DNA of 55,046 bases from Candidatus Nealsonbacteria bacterium. GTDB lineage: Bacteria > Patescibacteriota > Minisyncoccia > Minisyncoccales > PWPS01. A model generated the notes under the pieces. It did no database searches. It saw nothing but the letters and a program-made list of their open reading frames with translations, and was not told the origin of the DNA. Below are positions 19,276-25,821 of this stretch, in pieces (the stretch's first letter is position 1; each line of letters starts with the position of its first letter). A program made the position numbers and the translations under genes. Location: contig PUNQ01000054.1 of assembly GCA_003551845.1 (NCBI GenBank), positions 1 to 55,046 on the forward strand, read 5' to 3'.

Positions 19276-19309
19276 AAACACCTCCGAAGATAAGGAGGTG
19301 TTTTTATTT
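19276..19309 (+). terminator. Intrinsic terminator after tRNA-Glu
   Basis: aaacacctcc-gaagataa-ggaggtgttt followed by a T tract. Confidence 0.8.
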
Positions 19310-19385
19310 TAAAATTTTGTACAGCTTGTTAATAAAAAGTTATTAGTTTATAATTTACGACATATATCTAAAAATTATATAACTC

Positions 19386-20357
19386 ATGTTTTTAAGATAC
19401 CAAAAACGAAAATTCATCCCGTTAGAGATAAAGAATGCACTTTATAATTATAAAAAAAAGTGCACTAAGAATCGCTTGGAGCGATTCCCGTCTCTAACGG
19501 GGTTTACGCTAATAGAATTACTAATTGTTGTCGGAATAATAGCGATTTTAGCAGCTGCGGTAGTGGTGGTCATAAATCCCGGCCGGCAATTCGCCTCCGC
19601 AAGGGATGCGACCAGAGAATCTCATATAAACAGCTTATACACTTCTCTTATATCTTACCAAGTAAGCCATCAGGGCGGATGGGATGAAATAGGCATGCCG
19701 CAAGAATTAACTGAGATTTGTAACACCAATTTGAATAATCCCGATTGTGAAGATTTGGTCAATCTTTCCACACTGGTTCCTGATTATATTAATCAAATTC
19801 CGGTTGATCCACAAGGCAGTGTAAGTGCGGTGCAGGATGGAACGGGATACTTTATTTCCGAAAGCAGCATTATTCTTGTCGCTGAAAATTGGGAAACCAG
19901 ATTTTTGGGAGTCGGTATGACGGAAGACCAATATGCGGAATATGTTGAAAATTTTAGTTGTGACGAATATGAAGGAGTTATTGTTTTTTATGGAGACCCG
20001 GTTTATTGTGATATGTCCGGAAATATTTGGACCCCGACTTTGGATTTGACTGCCGATGGTGGTAATTATCAGGACTACGATTGGAGTAGTGCTATTGACC
20101 AATGTGAAAATTTGGATTACGGGGGTAAAGATGATTGGGGGTTGCCCGGCCTTTCCGATCTGGAAGAGCTTTATGACGGGGCGGGATCGGAGCCGAGTTA
20201 CGATATTAATGCCCGGTCGGCGGGCTATTGGTCTTCCATGTCGGATATGATGGGAGGAGCATGGATGGTGGATTTTTCCAACGGAGAGTCGAGTGTAGAC
20301 GATGTAAGTGAGCACAACTTTATTCGTTGTGTTCTTGAGGAAGGGATTTCAATTTAA
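19386..20357 (+). CDS. Type IV pilin-like protein fused to a C-terminal DUF1566/Lcl-C-like domain
   Basis: G|FTLIELLIV N-methylation motif; WSSAIDQCENLDYGGKDDWGLP...EL, YWSS, AWMVDF, FIRCV. Confidence 0.8.
   Translation: MFLRYQKRKFIPLEIKNALYNYKKKCTKNRLERFPSLTGFTLIELLIVVGIIAILAAAVVVVINPGRQFASARDATRESHINSLYTSLISYQVSHQGGWDEIGMPQELTEICNTNLNNPDCEDLVNLSTLVPDYINQIPVDPQGSVSAVQDGTGYFISESSIILVAENWETRFLGVGMTEDQYAEYVENFSCDEYEGVIVFYGDPVYCDMSGNIWTPTLDLTADGGNYQDYDWSSAIDQCENLDYGGKDDWGLPGLSDLEELYDGAGSEPSYDINARSAGYWSSMSDMMGGAWMVDFSNGESSVDDVSEHNFIRCVLEEGISI
19416..19503. mobile_element. MITE/REP-like inverted-repeat element inside the pilin leader
   Basis: Terminal IRs atcccgttagaga / tctctaacggggt (1 mismatch) enclose the hairpins tgcacttt..aaagtgca and gaatcgct-tgg-agcgattc. 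Confidence 0.7.
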
Positions 20358-20425
20358 TATTTAAAAATGTTAATTGGCACGGGTAAATAATCAGACAACC
20401 AAACTTTTCAGCTTTAATGATTAAT

Positions 20426-20450
20426 AAAACCGTCGTTTAGACGGTTTTTT
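20426..20450. terminator. Bidirectional terminator between the pilin gene and recG
   Basis: aaaaccgtc-gttta-gacggtttttt. Confidence 0.8.
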
Positions 20451-20465
20451 AATTATAAAATCCAT

Positions 20466-22556
20466 TTATTCGAAGTGCAGATTTTTTTCCACCGATTTCA
20501 GCTTTCTTTTTACAGTCGAATATTTTTCCAATTTAAAATCCTTTTCTAACAAATCGCTTGCCGCCTCTTTCGTTTTTTGCACCGTCTTTCTGTCTTTTAA
20601 AGCTTCCATGGTAAACCCGGCCACTCCCCATTGTCTTTTACCGGCCAAATCACCCGGACCCCTGAGCTTCAAATCCTTTTCGGCCAATTCAAAACTGTTT
20701 TCGGATTCAACCAGGGCCTTTAGTCTTTTTATTGATTTTTCGGAATTGGAACCGGAAAAAAGAAAGCAGTAAGATTTTTTTTCACTTCTTCCCACCCGGC
20801 CCCTGAATTGATGAAGCTGAGCCAAACCGAACATCTCCGCCCCCTCTATGACCATTACCGTTGCGTTGGGTATGTCTATTCCGACTTCTATCACCGAGGT
20901 GGATACCAGGATATCAATTTTTTTATTTTTAAAATCTTCCATTATCTTCGCCTTTTTTGTAGCCGTAAGTTGGCCGTGGAGAGTAGCCACTTTGAATTCG
21001 GTGAACTGTTTTTTTAATTTTTCAGCCAATTCTTCCACGGAAGTTACGTCCGCCCAGGGGGTTTCGTCTTCTTCATCGGGTTTTTCGATTCGCGGACAGA
21101 TGAAAAAGGCCTGCCTCTCCTTTTTCAATTCCTTTTCTACGAAAGAGTAGATTCTCCCCCGCTCCTTTTCATTTACCACTCTGGTTTCTATCTTTTTTCG
21201 TCCTTCGGGAAGTTCGTCTATGATTGATATATCCAAATCGCCGTAAAGAGTGAGAGCCAGAGTTCTGGGAATGGGAGTGGCGGTCATCGAAAGCAGGTGA
21301 GGAATGGTGTCTTTTTTGCAAAGCTTGGCGCGTTGCTTTACCCCGAATCTGTGTTGCTCGTCGACTATTACCAGGCCCAAATTATCAAAAGTGACTTTGT
21401 CTTGAATCAAGGCGTGAGTGCCTATGAGAAGATCGATTTCTCCGATTTCAACTTTTTCCAAAAGCTTTTCTCGGGAGATTTCTATGAATTGTTTTTTTAG
21501 TTTTTTGGACTTGAATTTATCCTTTTTTCCGGTTAGAAACCCTATGTTAAGCTTGAATCCTTCAAGCAAGTCGGAGACCTTTTTAAAGTGTTGAGTAGCT
21601 AAAACTTCAGTGGGAGCCATCAAGGCCGCTTGGTAGTTGTCCTTGGTGGTGGCCAAAATAGCCATTGTTGCCACTACCGTTTTTCCCGATCCGACGTCAC
21701 CCTCCAAAAGGCGGTTCATCGGGTGAGGCTTTTCCAAGTCTTTAAGGATTTGCCAGGCGGCTTTTTTTTGGGCGTCGGTCAGCTTGAAGGGGAGCCCTTC
21801 TACGAAATCCTTAACGTATTCCATGTCGATTTCGATGGGAGAAGATGACTCACTTTTTATGGATAGCTTTTTCCGCATTGCAGCCAAGTGGATAAAGAAA
21901 AGGCGCTCAAAAGAAAAACGCTCACGCGCCCTCTTTTTTTCTTTTTCGGTTTTGGGAAAGTGGATTTTTTCAATCGCTTTATCAATCGTAAGTAGATTAT
22001 ACTTTTCAATCACTTCTTGAGGCAGGACCTCCGGAATTTTGGGGGCCAATCTTTTTATCAAGGGCTTTAAAACGTATCTGAGCCAGCGTGATGAAATACC
22101 TTGGGTTTCCGGATATATCGGGATAAGCCCACCGGTATGAATCGTTTCGTCCTTTTCTTTTTCATAAGAGGGGTTTATAAATTGCAAGCCCTCTCGTCCG
22201 TAGGACGGTTCACCGGAAATATAAATTGATTCCCCTTTTTTTATGCTGTTTGCCAAATAGGGTTGATAAAACCAAATTATCTTTACGGCGCCGGTACTGT
22301 CTTGAATTATCGCTTGAGCGTAAGGAACTTTTTTTCTGTTGGTTTTTCCCGCTTCGATTGCTTTCACTTTTCCTTTTATCGTAGCCGGCTTATCTCTACG
22401 TAAGTTTTTAATTTTAGTAAGAGAAGAGAAGTCTTCATATCTGGAAGGGAAGTGATACAATAGATCGCCCACGGAGATTATGCCCATTTTTCGTAATCTT
22501 CTTCCGTATTTCGGACCTATTTTGGGAACTTCATTTATTGAATCTGAGAATCTCAT
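20466..22556 (-). CDS. recG: ATP-dependent DNA helicase RecG
   Basis: GDVGSGKT, DEQHRFG, MTATPIPRTL, QLHQFRGRVGR, DLKLRGPG. Confidence 0.97.
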   Translation of the reverse strand: MRFSDSINEVPKIGPKYGRRLRKMGIISVGDLLYHFPSRYEDFSSLTKIKNLRRDKPATIKGKVKAIEAGKTNRKKVPYAQAIIQDSTGAVKIIWFYQPYLANSIKKGESIYISGEPSYGREGLQFINPSYEKEKDETIHTGGLIPIYPETQGISSRWLRYVLKPLIKRLAPKIPEVLPQEVIEKYNLLTIDKAIEKIHFPKTEKEKKRARERFSFERLFFIHLAAMRKKLSIKSESSSPIEIDMEYVKDFVEGLPFKLTDAQKKAAWQILKDLEKPHPMNRLLEGDVGSGKTVVATMAILATTKDNYQAALMAPTEVLATQHFKKVSDLLEGFKLNIGFLTGKKDKFKSKKLKKQFIEISREKLLEKVEIGEIDLLIGTHALIQDKVTFDNLGLVIVDEQHRFGVKQRAKLCKKDTIPHLLSMTATPIPRTLALTLYGDLDISIIDELPEGRKKIETRVVNEKERGRIYSFVEKELKKERQAFFICPRIEKPDEEDETPWADVTSVEELAEKLKKQFTEFKVATLHGQLTATKKAKIMEDFKNKKIDILVSTSVIEVGIDIPNATVMVIEGAEMFGLAQLHQFRGRVGRSEKKSYCFLFSGSNSEKSIKRLKALVESENSFELAEKDLKLRGPGDLAGKRQWGVAGFTMEALKDRKTVQKTKEAASDLLEKDFKLEKYSTVKRKLKSVEKNLHFE

Positions 22557-22567
22557 ATTTTTATTTG

Positions 22568-22640
22568 TGCCCTCGAGAGGACTCGAACCTCTATTGCAAG
22601 CTCCGCAAGCTTGTGTTTTATCCGGTTAAACTACGAGGGC
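22568..22640 (-). tRNA. tRNA-Arg(GCG)
   Basis: Reverse complement gccctcgtagtttaaccggataaaac-a-caagc tt GCG ga gcttg...ggttcgagtcctctcgagggca. Confidence 0.92.
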
Positions 22641-22770
22641 TTTTCACAATTCTAACATAAAAAATTATTTTTTCTAATAAAGACACTTTCTTCCGCTGTT
22701 TGAAATGATAATTTTTAACTTGAAAGAGGTTCGTAAGTTGGGAGAGGCCTGACCTCTCACAATTCGCCCC

Positions 22771-22876
22771 ATTTCCACGCACCAGGTGCGTGCATATTTA
22801 TCACACCCCGCTCCATTTTCACGCACCAGGTGCGTGCATATGGGCGTAAAGTAGCATTGACTTCCGATTACGGATT
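22771..22876. repeat. Left copy of a direct repeat carrying two CACGCACCAGGTGCGTG palindromes
   Basis: Palindromes at 22776-22792 and 22820-22836; the 64-bp core 22813-22876 matches 24385-24448 with 2 mismatches. Confidence 0.95.
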
Positions 22877-22996
22877 GTCGATTAAATCCACGGAAGTGGA
22901 TTTTCTATTTTTGCAAAGGGGGATTTATGATATAATTTTACAATACAGTCTTTTATTTAAATACAATTGACGTATTTTTCATAATCAAATACATAT

Positions 22997-24109
22997 ATGA
23001 GCAAATATAAAAATGGAGGTTTTACTCTCATAGAATTACTAATTGTCATAGGAATAATAGCGATACTCGCTTCCGCTATTATTGTAGTCATAAATCCCGG
23101 CCGGCAATTCGCCTCCGCAAGGGATGCGACAAGAAACAGTCACATAAACTCACTTTATAATTCACTTATTTCCTATCAAGTAGCCAATCGAGGAAATTGG
23201 GGTGAAATAGACCTACCTCAAGAACTTACCGAGATATGTAACAGCAATCTTGAATCTCCGGATTGTACCGGTTTAGTTGATCTATCCGATTTGGTAGACA
23301 ACGGTTATATAAATCAAATACCCTTAGATCCTCATGCCGAAGGTTACGGAACCGGTTACGAAGTAGCCGAGGCAAGCGTTATTTTAAGAGCTCCACTGGC
23401 TGAAACACGGTTTATAGGAATAGGAATTGTCGAGACCGAATATGCGGAAAACGGAAACGGTGGAGAATTTAATTGCGGAGATGACTTTACCGACAATAGA
23501 GATGGAAACATTTACGCAACTGTAGAAATAGGTGGCCAATGTTGGTTTACTGAGGATTTAAGGTATGAATGTGATAATTTTAATGATGTGGGTGAAGATG
23601 ATGCCACCAATTGGGATGGAGACGGTTGTGCCCCACAAGGAGATAATTATAATGGACTTCTGTATCAATGGGGTGCGGTAATGGATTGGGATGGTGAAGG
23701 AGATCCACCCGAGGAAGGATCGCAAGGAATTTGTCCCGACGGATGGATTGTTCCCACCGATGATGACTTTAAAGAATTGGAAATAGGGCTGGGAATGAGT
23801 CAGTCCGATGCAGACGGTACGGGATATAGAGGAGATCAGGAGGGAGATATGCTAAAATCCGATCCGGAGGTGGAAGATTGGTGTCACACATCTATGGATT
23901 GCGCAACTTCAGGATGGGAAGGATTACCTGGCGGTTACCGCCACAACCATGGCTACATCATCAATGTCGGTTCGAGTGGTCGCTGGTGGTTTTCTACTGA
24001 AGATGGTACTGGTGCCTGGGCCCGGCATCTTCACAGTACCTTCAGTGCAGTCAGCCGTCTCTCCACCGCCCAGAATTCCGGTCACTCCGTTCGCTGCCTC
24101 AAGAACTAA
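22997..24109 (+). CDS. Type IV pilin fused to a FISUMP (Fib_succ_major) domain; probable DGR target
   Basis: G|FTLIELLIV; DNRDGNIYATVEIGGQCWFTEDL, GLLYQW, QGICPDGWIVPTDDD, GHSVRCLKN. Confidence 0.88.
   Translation: MSKYKNGGFTLIELLIVIGIIAILASAIIVVINPGRQFASARDATRNSHINSLYNSLISYQVANRGNWGEIDLPQELTEICNSNLESPDCTGLVDLSDLVDNGYINQIPLDPHAEGYGTGYEVAEASVILRAPLAETRFIGIGIVETEYAENGNGGEFNCGDDFTDNRDGNIYATVEIGGQCWFTEDLRYECDNFNDVGEDDATNWDGDGCAPQGDNYNGLLYQWGAVMDWDGEGDPPEEGSQGICPDGWIVPTDDDFKELEIGLGMSQSDADGTGYRGDQEGDMLKSDPEVEDWCHTSMDCATSGWEGLPGGYRHNHGYIINVGSSGRWWFSTEDGTGAWARHLHSTFSAVSRLSTAQNSGHSVRCLKN
23930..24109 (+). other. Putative DGR variable region (VR)
   Basis: 50 of the last 59 codons end in C/T and only 2 end in A; abrupt switch to GGY Gly and CGN Arg codons. 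Confidence 0.7.
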
Positions 24110-24117
24110 TTGCACTC

Positions 24118-24251
24118 GATACCCTCTTTTGAGAGACCACGCCTCGAATCGTCCGGCGACGATTCGGGCCTTACGCTCTCGGCGTTTCATTTCCAACAAG
24201 GTCGGAAAACCATGCTGAAACGCCTGCGAGAGTCCTCTCAAAGAGGGTATC
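24118..24251. repeat. Structured inverted-repeat element directly 3' of the VR
   Basis: gataccctcttttgagag / ctctcaaagagggtatc outer IR; inner stems cgaatcgtc-cggc-gacgattcg and ggcgtttca...tgaaacgcc. Confidence 0.8.
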
Positions 24252-24279
24252 TTCGCTTAAAAGTTACGATCGCGAACTT

Positions 24280-24299
24280 CCTGCCTGCCGGCAGGCAGG
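24280..24299. repeat. Perfect 20-bp REP-like palindrome
   Basis: CCTGCCTGCCGGCAGGCAGG. Confidence 0.9.
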
Positions 24300-24341
24300 T
24301 TTCAACCCCAATCCCTCGCTTAAGGGAAAAAATAGACAAAT

Positions 24342-24448
24342 ATTTCACGCACCAGGTGCGTGCATACACTCCTACACTCCCACCCCATTTTCACGCACCA
24401 GGTGCGTGCATATAGGCGTAAAGTAGCATTGATTTCCGATTACGGATT
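24342..24448. repeat. Right copy of the direct repeat with two CACGCACCAGGTGCGTG palindromes
   Basis: Palindromes at 24346-24362 and 24392-24408; tail ggcgtaaagtagcattgaYttccgattacggatt shared with the left copy. Confidence 0.95.
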
Positions 24449-24524
24449 AAAGATTAATGATTGCGAAAACGTTTATTTTTCAAGTTGAAAATAATCGAAA
24501 TTATATTATACTTGAATTCAAGAA

Positions 24525-24611
24525 GGAGAGGTGCCGGAGCGGTCGAACGGGGCACCCTGCTAAGGTGTTGTGCCTTCACGGGTACCGAGGGTTCGAATCC
24601 CTCCCTCTCCG
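24525..24611 (+). tRNA. tRNA-Ser(GCT)
   Basis: ggagagg/cctctcc acceptor stem, gcacc ct GCT aa ggtgt, long variable arm, G discriminator. Confidence 0.95.
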
Positions 24612-24613
24612 CA

Positions 24614-25053
24614 TTGACAGTCAGTATTTATTTAAGTTAATTGTTTATGCTAATTGGGTTGGTGAGTGAAGTTGATTCGAACGGTTTTTCCCCGTGTTGA
24701 AAAACAGTCCAGTGCATATCCCGACATCATATTCTGAGCGACAGTACTTTGAATCAGTTTGCAGGAACGAGGATAAAAGTTTGTTATTTACAAACGATAG
24801 ACGAGTGACGACCAAAATGATCAAAGTACGGTCGTCCAAAAGAAAGCTTTTTAAAATTCATCTTCGGCGTTACTTCGTCAATCACGATAGCCTTCCGGCA
24901 TCGCTCAATCCTTGCGCCTTGAATCTGAATCTTAAAGAAGCTTCTCAGAATATGATTGATCGGGTATGACACTGGACGCTAAAAAACGTGGTTTTTTAGA
25001 GCCAGGGGGTCGGGGAAAAACAGGTGTTTATTTCGAATCCCTCCCTCTCCGCA
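24614..25053. mobile_element. Non-coding structured element ending in a duplicate of the tRNA-Ser(GCT) 3' end
   Basis: 22-bp ttcgaatccctccctctccgca at 24592-24613 and 25032-25053; long internal IR tccagtgcatatcccgacatcatattctgag / ctcagaatatgattgatcgggtatgacactgga. Confidence 0.75.
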
Positions 25054-25101
25054 CTATCTGAAGAGAGAGGAGGGTTGTAAATAATCGAGAGGATAAAACC
25101 G

Positions 25102-25186
25102 GGTGGGGTGGTCGAGTGGCTTAAGGCAGCGGTTTTGAAAACCGCCAACCCTCACGGGTTCGTGGGTTCGAATCCCACCCCCACCG
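25102..25186 (+). tRNA. tRNA-Ser(TGA)
   Basis: ggtgggg/ccccacc acceptor stem, gcggt tt TGA aa accgc, long variable arm. Confidence 0.95.
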
Positions 25187-25189
25187 CAT

Positions 25190-25651
25190 ATAAAGCAGAA
25201 TATTAAAAAATACAATTAATTGAGATGGATAGAGTTGACAAGCAGGATTCGAACTTTAGGGGAGTGAGATCCGAATCAAAGTCCATTCAGCGAGAATGAT
25301 GCAGGTTCATATTTTAGGCTCGAGGAGTAAAAGATATTGTTCAATATCTTGTCGACGAGAACGACAAAGATGGACATGCATCACTCGCCCGAAGGGAAGC
25401 ATTTAAATGTTCGTCTTCGTTGTCATTTCGTCGCTTACAATGTTTGCACATTGTTCACTCCTCATTCCTAAAATCCGAACATTTAAAAAGCTTCTGAATG
25501 GATTGGGGTTCGAATTCCCCTCCCCTATAAAAGGGGTCGGGAAAAATTAATGAATTTTTCCCGTGTTGGGAAAGACTAAAACCCGTGGGGTTTTAGGGGG
25601 CAAGCCGTCCGGTGGGCGGCGAAGCGACTTCGAATCCCACCCCCACCGCAT
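25190..25651. mobile_element. Non-coding structured element ending in a duplicate of the tRNA-Ser(TGA) 3' end
   Basis: 23-bp ttcgaatcccacccccaccgcat at 25167-25189 and 25629-25651; nested IRs. Confidence 0.75.
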
Positions 25652-25753
25652 TAAGAACAAGATAGTAGAAAGCACAATCGATGTGGACGGGCGGAATTGA
25701 TAAGAAGATATGACTACCCTGAACTCTACGTAGTTCAGGGCCACCCCCACCGC
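25652..25753. repeat. Third partial tRNA-Ser(TGA) 3'-end copy preceded by a REP-like hairpin
   Basis: ccctgaact-ctacgt-agttcaggg followed by ccacccccaccgc (25741-25753). Confidence 0.7.
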
Positions 25754-25821
25754 TTTAATTCAAGCCGGTTGCAAAAAATATTTTTATCACTTATCATTAT
25801 TAAAAGATTTAACTTTGTAAT

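Noticed and set aside
20200..20357. DGR variable region in the DUF1566 pilin
   Set aside because: The C-terminal codons include many A/G-ending codons (gga gga gca, gta, gag) with no NNY bias.
22776..24408. Four palindromic repeats as a CRISPR array
   Set aside because: There are only two pairs 1.5 kb apart, the repeat is ~21 bp, the intervening sequences resemble each other, and no cas genes are present.
24110..24415. 101-aa ORF after the pilin-FISUMP gene
   Set aside because: It has a TTG start and is simply a translation of hairpins and palindromes (LPAGRQ, FHAPGACI).
25032..25053. Additional tRNA genes at the duplicated 3' ends (also 25629-25651)
   Set aside because: Only the T-loop 3' side and acceptor 3' strand are present, with no D or anticodon arm.
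25102..25186. Selenocysteine or stop-suppressor tRNA
   Set aside because: Anticodon TGA decodes the Ser codon UCA. A suppressor would need anticodon TCA, and genes in the window use TGA as stop.
24614..25651. tmRNA, RNase P RNA, group I/II intron or DGR template repeat
   Set aside because: I did not see the RNase P GAGGAAAGTCC motif, tmRNA ends with a tag ORF, group II intron termini, or AAC-rich similarity to the VR. A covariance search is still needed.
24457..25750. Short ORFs (24457-24669, 24645-24839, 24694-24972, 25547-25750) as an integrase, Avd or RT
   Set aside because: They overlap tRNAs or fold-back DNA and lack tyrosine-recombinase, YxDD or Avd-like features.
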